DNA of 10,787 nucleotides from Escherichia coli (GTDB lineage Bacteria; Pseudomonadota; Gammaproteobacteria; Enterobacterales; Enterobacteriaceae): NCBI RefSeq assembly GCF_003334815.1, contig NZ_QOWO01000060.1; one strand, 5' to 3'. Shown piece by piece: positions 1 to 9,447 of this stretch (position 1 is its first letter; each line of letters starts with the position of its first letter). The notes under the pieces were generated by a model. It saw only the letters and a program-made list of their open reading frames with translations, ran no database searches and was not told where the DNA came from. The position numbers and the translations under genes were made by a program.

Positions 1-68
1 GGAAAAAGACGGGATGCCGGATGCTGACGGTGAATACGCATGGCTTCGCCACGGGTGATGATTTTCAT
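1..68 (-). CDS. DUF987-family small protein (YeeT-like), N-terminal 22 codons only; gene continues past the window start
   Basis: Minus-strand ATG at 68..66 followed by MKIITRGEAMRIHRQHPASRLF, which I recognise as the conserved N-terminus of YeeT-like proteins that sit between the RadC-like gene and the CbeA/CbtA toxin-antitoxin pair in CP4-type islands. GAGG lies about 13 nt upstream. Call rests on 22 residues plus synteny. Confidence 0.55.
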   Translation of the reverse strand, partial: MKIITRGEAMRIHRQHPASRLF

Positions 69-130
69 AGTGGGATACCTCTGAAGACAGAAGATAAAAG
101 TGAAAACAGGTGTGATGTGGTTGTGACGGG

Positions 131-607
131 TTAAAGCAGACCATGTTCGGCAAAGGAGAAAACCTGGCTGCCACCGACTATCAGATGGTCCGGCACCCGG
201 ATATCCACCAGGCCCAGTGCCTGTACCAGACGTTCCGTGATAAGGCGGTCTGCCTTGCTGGGTGTGACTTCACCGGACGGGTGATTGTGTGCCAGCACCA
301 CAGCAGCGGCATTGTGATACAGGGCGCGTTTAATCACTTCACGGGGATGGACTTCCGTGCGGTTGATGGTGCCGGTGAAGAGGGTTTCACCGGCAATCAG
401 CTGATTCTGGTTGTTCAGATACAGCACCCGGAACTCTTCACGCTCCAGTCCCGCCATGTTCAGAATCAGCCATTCTCGTGCCGCACGGGTGGAGGTGAAG
501 GCCACGCCGGGTTCATGAAGATGGCGGTCCAGGGTTTTCAGGGCCCGTTGAATGAGGCTGCGCTCGCCGGGCGTCATCTCTCCGGGCAGAAAGGAAAGCT
601 GTTGCAT
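131..607 (-). CDS. RadC-like JAB/MPN-domain protein (YeeS/YfjY/YkfG family)
   Basis: Translation MQQLSFLPGEMTPGERSLIQRALKTLDRHLHEPG...VLAHNHPSGEVTPSKADRLITERL carries the JAMM-type HNHPSG motif and matches the island RadC paralogs as I recall them. TAA stop at 131..133. ATG at 607 is preceded by GGAGAG; an alternative ATG at 622 directly abuts the upstream stop and would add MERST. Confidence 0.85.
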   Translation of the reverse strand: MQQLSFLPGEMTPGERSLIQRALKTLDRHLHEPGVAFTSTRAAREWLILNMAGLEREEFRVLYLNNQNQLIAGETLFTGTINRTEVHPREVIKRALYHNAAAVVLAHNHPSGEVTPSKADRLITERLVQALGLVDIRVPDHLIVGGSQVFSFAEHGLL

Positions 608-622
608 TGTACTTCTCTCCAT

Positions 623-1096
623 TCAGTCGATGATGCGCATAATGGCGCTGCATTCCGGATGCTGCAGGGCGTAATCCCGCAGCCGGTAATAATGGACCGT
701 CATAGCATAACACTCCGTACGACAGGCATGATGACTGTACGTCATCAGACAGGCAGCAATGCCGGCGGCTTCCGGGCTCATTTCAGCGCGGTTACCGTTC
801 ATGGCATTGAACAGTACCCATGTTTCGTCATCATCGTCATCCGGTTCGGGTGCCATAAATGCCCCGCCGTTGTTCAGGGTGTACAGATTCCAGATACCAC
901 CGCAGTAGTCTTCGCACAGACGGTCCATCCAGCCGAAGACACGGGGCTCCAGGGTCACCCACTGTGGAATGAGGCCAAAGTGCTGCGGCCAGAAGCTGAT
1001 GCGCTGTTCATCAGGGACGAGGGTGGCAACCAGTTGTTGCAGGTCAGTCTCCGGTGCACAGGCCGAAGAGGTGGTGTTCTGAGACAATGTTTTCAT
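623..1096 (-). CDS. Antirestriction protein, KlcA/ArdB family (YfjX/YafX-like)
   Basis: Translation MKTLSQNTTSSACAPETDLQQLVATLVPDEQRISFWPQHFGLIPQWVTLEPRVFGWMDRLCEDYCGGIWNLYTLNNGGAFMAPEPDDDDDETWVLFNAMNGN... including the acidic DDDDDE patch typical of these proteins. ATG at 1096 has AAGGA about 8 nt upstream; TGA stop at 623..625. The six-frame ORF continues open upstream to 1477, but I take that as chance open frame or remnant. Confidence 0.85.
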   Translation of the reverse strand: MKTLSQNTTSSACAPETDLQQLVATLVPDEQRISFWPQHFGLIPQWVTLEPRVFGWMDRLCEDYCGGIWNLYTLNNGGAFMAPEPDDDDDETWVLFNAMNGNRAEMSPEAAGIAACLMTYSHHACRTECYAMTVHYYRLRDYALQHPECSAIMRIID

Positions 1097-1437
1097 GTAT
1101 GAAATCCTTGTAATGTGAATAAATGAGAGGGAGTAAAGGTCGGGAGCTGGCAACATCACGTTCATCACTGACCGTGATGACCCGGTAATATCAGGGATGA
1201 ATGATATTCGGCTGAAATTCCGGACAGCCGTACGCGTAACCGTTCCGGTCACAGACGGATGGCCAGATGCCATTGCCTGTATACTCAGTCTGCACAGACT
1301 GATTTCTCCGGGACGGTAAATCAGACGGGTACACCAGGCGCACAGGTCATCATCAGAAATGGAACGACACCCCGGCAGCGCCTCCGGGGCGTCGGGTGAT
1401 TCTGGTGCCTGAATCACGCCTTCAGGGACATGCTGCA

Positions 1438-1713
1438 TCAGCGCAGGCTCTCCAGCAGCGTTTCTGCCATTACCCACAATGCGCGGTTGAGCTTAATATC
1501 GGTGTCGATGTTGTGAATGGCACGGGTGTGGATACGTTTTCCTTTTGCACTGCGGCCGGAAATCCCGCCTTTCAGCATATTCTCCTGGATGGTCTGATAA
1601 GTACTCCACAGGTCCTTACCGTAATCCTCCCGGCGTCGTGGCGTCAGAATGTCGGCGGTGGTGACGGGCCGATGTTCGTCACCATACCCTGTCCGGAGGT
1701 TGCCACCCCGAGG
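1438..1713 (-). pseudogene. C-terminal remnant of an unidentified island gene, out of frame with the Ag43 fragment upstream
   Basis: Minus-strand frame reads ...REDYGKDLWSTYQTIQENMLKGGISGRSAKGKRIHTRAIHNIDTDIKLNRALWVMAETLLESLR then TGA at 1440..1438; it is closed by a stop at 1716..1714 and has no start codon. The stop overlaps ATG 1438..1436 of the next open frame in a TGATG arrangement. I cannot name the family from memory. Confidence 0.3.
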
Positions 1714-3287
1714 TTACTGTTTCCGACATTTGTGAACGCAAGCCAGGTTTTGCCGGTTGCCTGACCACCATTAATCACCAGCTGGTCAGAGGCATTGCTG
1801 CCATCAAGGCGAACACGCATATTGATGGTGCCACCCTGACCGGTGAGGTTACTGGTGGTCAGTTTATGGAACGTTACCGGGGAGTCGCCTTTTGCAACAG
1901 CACGGCTCAGCGCGGCATCCGGTGTCGTCTGATTATCAAAGCGAATCTCCCCTGCGTTAACAATATCGCCGGTACTGACCACATCACCATTCAGTACCAT
2001 GCTGGCACCTTTACTGAGCTGTGTTCTGCCACTCAGACTTCCCCCGGCAGCCAGCGTCAGTGTTCCACGATGTCCGACAGTGGTGTTGCCGGCCTGTCCC
2101 CCGGCATTAACCGTAAAGCTGCCGCCATTTTCCAGCAACAGGCCGCTGGCCTGACCGGATATGCCATCAATACTGAACTTACCGCTGGCATTGGTCCCCT
2201 CAACAGTGGCACCACTGTCTGCAATCAGGGCACCACCGGATGTCATGGTTACACCTGTTGCCTTACCACCGGCAGACACTGCCAGGGTTCCGCCGTCATC
2301 CACCCGTGTTTTCTGCGCTGAATGGCCCTCCAGTACATCCAGGCGACCGCCGGACTCCAGAACAACACCGTCAGCATTACCGTTTTCCACAGTGAAATTG
2401 CCCAGACGGTTGCTGCCGGTGACGGTTGCCGCCGTACTGGTGACCAGTGCGCCGCCCTGCTTCAGGGTGACATTCGTGGCTGTACCACCGGCGTTCACCT
2501 GCAGTTTGCCTTTCTGGTTAACGGTGGTGAAATCCGCCAGACCACCTTCCTTGATAATCTGCCAGCCGTCACTGTTTACAACAGTGCCAGACGCCGTACC
2601 GCCGTTGTGCACATACTGGTACCCCCCATTCAGCGTGGTATCCAGTGCGTGACCATGTACAGTCTGGTCGCCGCCGGCATAAACCACAGTGGTATTTGCT
2701 GTTCCTTCAACAGCCACAATCTGACGACCATTTTTATTGATGGTGGTACGTACGGCATTTCCGCGAACAAACTGCCCGGTATCACCATTGTCTGCATCTG
2801 GTCCCCCTTCCGCGCCGGTATTCACAACCGTGTCGGTTGCCATTGCGCCGGATTTGACGGCCTGCCAGCCCTTCTCATTAATGACGGTACCCGTTGCAAT
2901 CCCGCCTTCATGTACCCACTGCTCACCGCCGTTCAGAGTGGTATTCACTGCCTGCCCCTGAAGGCTCTGTCCGCCTCCGGCACTGATAACCGTGTCTGAA
3001 ACGCTTCCTCCGGCATTCACTCTCTGAAGACCACCACCGGTGACAGTAGTGTTGTTGGCGATACCGCCATTTTGTATCCATTGTCCGCCGGTATTGGCCT
3101 CGTTATCCGGCCCATACTCCAGACCGGTACTGATGGTCATTCCGTTGGCCGTACCGAAGACAATCTGGTTGTCATGATTTGTCAGTGTTCCGCCGCTCAC
3201 GGTTTCTCCCGCCTGTACGACCGTGTCAGCAGCCAGTAGCCATGAGAATGTTCCTCCGGATGTTGTTAAACCAGCCGGTGTGGTCAT
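1644..3287 (-). pseudogene. flu: Antigen 43 (Ag43/Flu) family autotransporter, internal passenger-domain fragment lacking signal peptide and beta-barrel translocator
   Basis: 547-aa open frame with ...LLAADTVVQAGETVSGGTLTNHDNQIVFGTANGMTISTGLEYGPDNEANTGGQW... and repeated NGG/AGG beta-helix motifs matching the Ag43 alpha domain as I recall it. Homology starts about 16 codons after the ATG at 3287, and an in-frame TGA lies 6 codons upstream of it, so the native signal peptide is absent. The frame ends ...GQGMVTNIGPSPPPTF with TGA at 1644, about halfway through a full-length Ag43. Confidence 0.8.
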
Positions 3288-3383
3288 GAAAACAGCGCGC
3301 CACCTTCACCGGCATAACAACCGGGGAGAAACGTAAAAAATAATCGGGAATGTGACCGCCAGGAGATAAACGGGGAGGTTGCG

Positions 3384-3650
3384 GTGGCTGAGCCGTACCG
3401 GTATACCGGGTGGTTGTTGCGAAAAGATGCTTCCGCACGCACGCGCGATAAAGAGGGGATAGTTTTCGTGAGGACAGGGAGAGAGGCAGGCGTTCTGATA
3501 ATTGCAGAGTTGTTTTCGGAGGTGGTTACAGTGAGTCAGCCCGTTCCTGGCGAGGAGGAGACTGATATCACCGATGGGATAAGGCTGTCTGATTGGTATT
3601 ATAAATATAAGAAGTCATCAGAGAGTAACGTAAAGGATTTGCCAGAGTAA
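3384..3650 (+). CDS. Hypothetical small protein (88 aa), GTG start, unrecognised
   Basis: GTG at 3384 sits 5 nt after GGGGAGG (3372..3378), a good Shine-Dalgarno arrangement. Product MAEPYRYTGWLLRKDASARTRDKEGIVFVRTGREAG...SDWYYKYKKSSESNVKDLPE has no homolog I recognise, so this may be a chance ORF. Confidence 0.2.
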   Translation: MAEPYRYTGWLLRKDASARTRDKEGIVFVRTGREAGVLIIAELFSEVVTVSQPVPGEEETDITDGIRLSDWYYKYKKSSESNVKDLPE

Positions 3651-3691
3651 GCTAAGAGAGTAAATCTCTCCGGTAACAGAGCGCTGTGAAT

Positions 3692-3723
3692 CGTTCATGT
3701 ATCAGAGTGCAGATACATGAACG
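3692..3723. repeat. Perfect 12-bp inverted repeat (CGTTCATGTATC / GATACATGAACG) with 8-nt spacer, followed directly by a 6-bp-stem hairpin (3723..3741)
   Basis: Read directly: 3692..3703 is the exact reverse complement of 3712..3723, and GCTGAT (3723..3728) pairs with ATCAGC (3736..3741). No U-tract follows on either strand, so this is not a classic intrinsic terminator. Confidence 0.85.
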
Positions 3724-3986
3724 CTGATGCGTAAAATCAGCAGTGACACGCCAGCTCCCCCTGTGCCCATTCCTGTATAAGACATGAACTGAGCGTATTA
3801 ATGCTCCTGCCCTGAGACTGAGCCGGTGAGTGAGGGGCTGAGAAATCCCTCTTGACACTGCTCTAAACCAGAAATACTTCCCCGGTTGTTGCGGTGCGTC
3901 CGGATCCCCGATAACGGAACACTAAGGCTGTATTGCGGGACACCTGGTAAGTGGCAGCCCGTAATACGTCAGGAGACGCGGGAAAA

Positions 3987-4127
3987 GTGAATTCCCACAC
4001 GCGTTATAAACTTACCCTTGCGGAGCTGGAAGCCTTTAACTCTGCCGTTGACAACCGGCTGGCAGAACTGACAATGAACAAACTTTACGATCGCGCGCCG
4101 GCTTCCGTCTGGAAATATGTCACCTGA
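3987..4127 (+). CDS. Hypothetical small ORF (46 aa), GTG start
   Basis: AGGAGA at 3971..3976 lies 10 nt upstream of GTG 3987; product [46 protein letters not shown]; TGA at 4125..4127. No recognised homolog; below the ORF-track size cutoff. Confidence 0.15.
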   Translation: MNSHTRYKLTLAELEAFNSAVDNRLAELTMNKLYDRAPASVWKYVT

Positions 4128-4779
4128 ATATTGAAGCAGCGCTACGATGACTCCGGTGTTATCTGCACCGGAGGACCGGGAACATTAAGCGGTATAGCGA
4201 CAACAAAGAATTCGAAATCAAAAGGGAATGGTGCCGGAGGCGTGGGCGGTAATAGGCTGATTTTCAGGTATTACCGGCCTGTATCTGCTGAAGGGGGCTC
4301 GTATTTGTCGGGGCTGCGTATTCCGCTCGATTCGATCACGGATTGGCGGAATACCTAACTGTGATTGATTCAGGTACCATTTTGCAGGGATCCGGTGCGT
4401 TACTGTCTGGCACAACAAACGCAGCGGGTCGCTCTGCTCCGCCGATTCCTGATAATCCCTCCCCAGTAACCTACTGCAACAGTACAAATACACTGACGCC
4501 TGAAACGGTAACCAGAATCAGCACCAGCAGTAACTCAGTAAACAGAGCAGACGATCGGTCTTCCGGTAATAACCGGAAGGAACGACAGCGCCACAATACA
4601 GGCAACACACTGTATTATGAGTAATCGAATTACCGCAATCCCCGCATTTCTTTTTGCGTATCACGATAGCTCCCTCGCCACGCCTTATCCGTAACCGGTT
4701 TTTTACATTAAAAAAAACAACGCCGGGAATTCAATCGTCAGTCCGGAGACGACCGTTCGGGTTATCACAGAGAGCCTGA

Positions 4780-4801
4780 GCAGGGGGGCTGCGCATTTTT
4801 T
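4780..4801 (+). terminator. Weak terminator-like element: GC-rich 4-bp stem (GCAG/CTGC, GGGGG loop) followed by a T6 run
   Basis: GCAGGGGGGCTGC at 4780..4792, then GCA and TTTTTT (4796..4801), about 40 bp upstream of the YagK/YfjJ-like start. The stem is short, so this is tentative. Confidence 0.25.
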
Positions 4802-4815
4802 ACGATGTGGCTATT

Positions 4816-4834
4816 CCGTATGAACCATACGGAG
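4816..4834 (+). promoter_or_regulatory. Hairpin overlapping the Shine-Dalgarno of the YagK/YfjJ-like gene
   Basis: CCGTATG (4816..4822), AAC, CATACGG (4826..4832) is a perfect 7-bp inverted repeat; its 3' arm overlaps GGAG (4831..4834), 8 nt upstream of ATG 4843. Confidence 0.3.
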
Positions 4835-4842
4835 ATATAACC

Positions 4843-5412
4843 ATGACCTACAAATACAACCCCTTCTGGCAGCAACGTATTCGTGAGACGGTGCGGCACG
4901 CACTGAATGTTCATCCCCGCCTGACGGCATTGCGGGTTGACCTGCGTTTCCCGGATGTACCGGCAGCAACGGACGCAGCTGTGATATCCCGCTTCATCAA
5001 TGCCCTGAAAGCCCGAATCGACGCTTACCAGAAACGTAAGCATCGGGAAGGTAAACGCGTGCATCCCACAACCCTGCATTACGTCTGGGCCCGGGAGTTT
5101 GGGGAGTGCAAAGGTAAAAAACACTATCACCTGATGCTGCTGGTCAACCGGGATACCTGGTGTCGTGCCGGTGATTACCGCGCTCCGGGATCACTGGCCG
5201 GGATGATTAAACAGGCGTGGTGCAGTGCCCTGGGAGTGGATGTCGGGTGCCATGCCACGCTGGTGCATTTTCCGGCCTGGCCGGCGGTGTGGCTGGCGCG
5301 TAATGATGACACCGGCTTTCAGCAAGTGCTGGAACGTGCTGACTATCTGGCGAAGGAGCATACCAAAGTTCACTGCACCGGTGAGCGCAACTTTGGCTGC
5401 AGTCGTGGCTGA
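4843..5412 (+). CDS. YagK/YfjJ-family protein (inovirus Gp2-like; putative HUH-type replication-initiator relative)
   Basis: ATG 4843 with GGAG 8 nt upstream (the ORF track's 4807 start is a GTG with no SD). Product MTYKYNPFWQQRIRETVRHALNVHPRLTALRVDLRFPD...KKHYHLMLLVNRDTW... is the right size (189 aa) and shape for the YagK/YfjJ island proteins as I recall them, and contains an H-Y-H motif. TGA at 5410..5412. Confidence 0.7.
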   Translation: MTYKYNPFWQQRIRETVRHALNVHPRLTALRVDLRFPDVPAATDAAVISRFINALKARIDAYQKRKHREGKRVHPTTLHYVWAREFGECKGKKHYHLMLLVNRDTWCRAGDYRAPGSLAGMIKQAWCSALGVDVGCHATLVHFPAWPAVWLARNDDTGFQQVLERADYLAKEHTKVHCTGERNFGCSRG

Positions 5413-5577
5413 GCCAGACAGACGAGTTATCTGACTTCAGTGTGATGACGTGTTCACGGCCACCACACTGATTTTCCCTTATGAGACTGAACTGAAACCG
5501 CCATTCACACCGGACCACGCTGCCCGTACCGGGACGGCTGTTGCCTGCGTGTCGTCTGACGGTAAGGAACATATACT

Positions 5578-5970
5578 ATGTACACAAAATCCTTTCTCGC
5601 TCTTGATGGCAACGGACGTCTGACGGGCGCCCGTACAGCACAGGCCGCACCTTATGCTCACTACACCTGCCACTTGTGTGGCAGTGCACTCAGATACCAT
5701 CCGCAATACGACACTGAACTTCCCTGGTTTGAACACACTGACGACAGGCTGACAGAGCACGGTCAACAGTGCCCTTATGTCAGGCCGGAGCGCAGAGAAA
5801 TACAGTTGATTAAACGTCTGCAGCAATTCGTACCGGATGCCTTACCCGTGGTGCGTAAAGCCAGCTGGCACTGCAGACAATGTCACCACGATTATTATGG
5901 GGAGCGGTACTGCACACACTGCCAGACCGGAGGTTTCAGTCTTCCCCGGACAGCTCAGCAACTGTCTTGA
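5578..5970 (+). CDS. Cys-rich small protein (putative zinc ribbon), paralog 1 of 2
   Basis: 130-aa ORF starting at ATG 5578 with AAGGA upstream. It has CxxC at the N-terminus (CHLCGS), PWFEH in the middle and CxxC-x8-11-CxxC at the C-terminus (CRQCHHDYYGERYCTHCQTG). Clearly paralogous to 7134..7544; family not recognised. Confidence 0.6.
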   Translation: MYTKSFLALDGNGRLTGARTAQAAPYAHYTCHLCGSALRYHPQYDTELPWFEHTDDRLTEHGQQCPYVRPERREIQLIKRLQQFVPDALPVVRKASWHCRQCHHDYYGERYCTHCQTGGFSLPRTAQQLS

Positions 5971-7120
<1,150 letters not shown>

Positions 7121-7133
7121 ACAAGGAGGAGAT

Positions 7134-7544
7134 ATGCGAATTCTGAACTGCTATATGGCGAATGACAGCAAAGGCCATTTTGTTACGGCGAAAGAAGCCG
7201 CGAAGCACAACCGACAGGACGTTTTGTGCTGTGTGTCCTGTGGTTGTCCGTTAACACTTAAGCGGGGAAATGACGGACAACCGCCGTGGTTTGAACATGA
7301 CCAGATGACTGTTGCTGCGAAAATCCTGCTGCGATGCACCTGGCTTGACCCGGCAGAGAAAGAGGCCCGTCGTTTGCATCTGCAGGGCATGACGGTTCCG
7401 GATTATACGGTGAAGGTGAGAAAGTGGTTTTGTGTGATGTGTGACGAAGATTATGAGGGGGAAAAGTGCTGCCCGCGTTGTGGTACTGGGGTATACAGCA
7501 GGGAGGGGGGGCTGCAGGAAGGCAACTGGAAGGATAGGAACTGA
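7134..7544 (+). CDS. Cys-rich small protein (putative zinc ribbon), paralog 2 of 2
   Basis: 136-aa ORF starting at ATG 7134 with AGGAGG 4 nt upstream. Same architecture as paralog 1: CCVSCGCPL, PPWFEHD, WFCVMCDEDYEGEKCCPRCGTG. Confidence 0.6.
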   Translation: MRILNCYMANDSKGHFVTAKEAAKHNRQDVLCCVSCGCPLTLKRGNDGQPPWFEHDQMTVAAKILLRCTWLDPAEKEARRLHLQGMTVPDYTVKVRKWFCVMCDEDYEGEKCCPRCGTGVYSREGGLQEGNWKDRN

Positions 7545-7747
7545 GCGGTTCAGTCGCGGAAATCAGTTGCAGAGCTTTAATGATATCTCCGGGAGTGCTG
7601 CGTTGGTAGGGGCATCCCGGGATAGAGAAATTTTAGCACTTTGCCCTGAATGATTGTAGACGCCCCGAGTACTCGTACCGGTCTGAGTTATTACAGTTAG
7701 ATATTCACTTTTTCTCCCGCATACTTCACATCTGTCAACGACGGATG

Positions 7748-7788
7748 AAAAGTGGTTCTTCCGCAACCTGGGTGGAAGAAAATGGATG
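7748..7788. repeat. ISL3 left terminal inverted repeat
   Basis: See the element entry; sequence read directly. Confidence 0.75.
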
Positions 7789-7827
7789 AAACTTTCTGGC
7801 GAACAAGGATCTAAGCTGTTTTAAGTT

Positions 7828-9447
7828 ATGGGCAACCCAATGCACTCTCTTAAGACACTTCTACAGTTACCTTGAGGATGGCGATGCAGTCGACAAATTA
7901 TTAGCTCTGACGGTATAACCCTCCATCTCCACGGAAAACGCAAAACAGCACAATGTCCTGAATGCTTTAAGCGTAGCGACTCTGTTCATAGTTGTTGTCG
8001 GCGCCGGATACAGCATCTACCCTGATCAGGACAGACGCTATGGCTTGTATTTTCCGTCCGCCACTGGTACTGCCGTAACCCAGCTTGTTCACGTAAAATT
8101 TTTGCCGAGTCGCTTGCTCCCTTCGCCGGTTCACACCAACAGTCTTCACAGGCGTTACAAAATTTACAACGTCAACTGGGATTAATAGCTGGAGGTGAGG
8201 CTGGAAAACGGGCTGCAACGGCAGCGGGTCTCCGTTGCAGTGCTGATACTCTTCTTCGCAGGGTTATCAATACCCCGGAGACGAAACAGTCAGGCGCGCC
8301 TCATGTCGGTATTGATGAGTGGGCGTGGCATCGGGGCCACTGCTGCGGTATGTTAATAGTCAATCTTGATACTCACCGTCCCCTCGTCCTGCTTCCCGGC
8401 CGTGATCAGCGTACGCTGGCGACCTGGTTCAGAAAATATCCGGAAATACAGGTTGTCTCGCGTGATCGCAGTGGAGTCTATGCGACAGCAGCACGTGAAG
8501 GTGCACCTCAGGCCAGACAGGTGGCCGATCGATGGCACCTGCTAAAAAATATTGGTGATGAGCCTGAACGAATGATGTACAGACATATGCCTCTGATACG
8601 TCTTGTTGTCAGAGAGTTATCACTGAAGAAATCACCTGAGCCAGAAATATCTGTGCCTGTAGCATCGCTCCGTCGTCCGGAACGCCTTAAACAGCAAACC
8701 CGCAAAAAACGGCATCAGCATTGGACAGAGGTTATGGCCCTGCATAACAAGGGATGTAGTTTCAGGGAAATATCCCGTATTACAGGCCTGTCGCGAGTGA
8801 CAGTCAGTCGCTGGGTGCGTTCAGGAACATTCCCTGAAATGTCAACCCGGCCTCCAAAGCGAGGGCTTCTGGACCCATGGAGGGAGTGGTTAAAAGAGCA
8901 ACGAGAAAGTGGTAATTATAATGCCAGCCGGATATGGCGGGAAATGGTGGCCCAGGGGGGGACAGGCAGTGAAACCATCGTCAGGGATACTGTTGCCAAA
9001 TGGCGTAAAGGCTGGAACCCACCGGTTACTACTGCCGCAAGACTTCCTTCAGTGTCCCGGGTAAGCCGCTGGTTGATGCCCTGGAGAATAATCAGGGGCG
9101 AAGAAAATTATGCATCCCGATTTATTAGTCTGATGTGTGAAAAAGAACCGGAGTTGAAAATAGCACAGCAACTGGTACTCGAGTTCTACCGTATTCTGAA
9201 AACCTAAAATAAATCACAGCTAAGCAGCTGGTTCACTCGAGTCCACGAAAGCGGCTCAGCAGAACTTCGGTGCGTAGCTGCGGGGATGGAAGCTGATGCT
9301 GCGGCTATATGTGAGGCAATCAGCAGTCGCTGGAGTAATGGTGTTGTCGAAGGTCATGTAAATCGCCTGAAGGTGCTGATACGCCAGATGTATGGTCGAG
9401 CCGGATTTGAACTACTTAGGCGGAGGGTAATGAGTCCACTGGCATGA
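7828..9447 (+). pseudogene. ISL3-family transposase, one continuous frame broken by three in-frame stops (TGA 7873, TGA 8023, TAA 9205)
   Basis: A single frame from ATG 7828 reads MGNPMHSLKTLLQLP*GWRCSRQIISSDGITLHLHGKRKTAQCPECFKRSDSVHSCCRRRIQHLP*SGQTLWLVFSVRHWYCRNPACSRKIFAE...GIDEWAWHRGH...IQVVSRDRSGVYATAAREGAPQARQVADRWHLLKN...FYRILKT*NKSQ...WSNGVVEGHVNRLKVLIRQMYGRAGFELLRRRVMSPLA. The CPxC...HS...LP...C.N..C...F.E N-terminus, GIDE/VVSRD DDE core and SNGxVEG C-terminus are the ISL3 hallmarks as I recall them. The ORF track's ATG 8350 is internal. Confidence 0.8.

Noticed and set aside
143-1102. 319-aa plus-strand ORF
   Set aside because: Lies entirely antisense to the well-supported RadC-like and antirestriction genes; no recognisable protein features. 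Shadow ORF.
623-1477. 284-aa version of the antirestriction protein from the ORF track
   Set aside because: The recognisable KlcA/ArdB domain starts at ATG 1096, which has its own RBS; the upstream extension has no recognisable homology.
1866-2999. Plus-strand ORFs 1866..2321, 2161..2652, 2322..2999 and 2737..2961
   Set aside because: All lie antisense within the Ag43 passenger fragment; this repetitive GC-rich coding sequence commonly yields long antisense open frames.
3226-3438. 70-aa minus-strand ORF beginning MRKHL, superficially like the Ag43 start MKRHL
   Set aside because: The start is a GTG, the rest of the peptide does not resemble an Ag43 signal peptide, and it ends just inside the Ag43 fragment in a different frame. 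Treated as chance similarity.
3290-3700. Ag43 phase-variation switch (three clustered GATC sites with OxyR site) upstream of the Ag43 fragment
   Set aside because: No GATC cluster is present in the region upstream of the fragment; only isolated GATC sites occur further away.
5191-5826. Minus-strand ORFs 5191..5373, 5207..5572 and 5479..5826
   Set aside because: Antisense to the YagK/YfjJ-like gene and Cys-rich paralog 1; no supporting signals.
7563-7766. 67-aa minus-strand ORF between Cys-rich paralog 2 and the ISL3 element
   Set aside because: Starts inside the ISL3 left terminal repeat and has no RBS or recognisable homology.
7967-8705. Minus-strand ORFs 7967..8218, 8353..8538 and 8508..8705
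   Set aside because: Antisense within the ISL3 transposase frame.
8350-9207. ATG 8350 as the start of a 285-aa transposase gene
   Set aside because: The same frame continues upstream with clear ISL3 N-terminal homology back to ATG 7828, broken only by in-frame stops; 8350 is an internal methionine.
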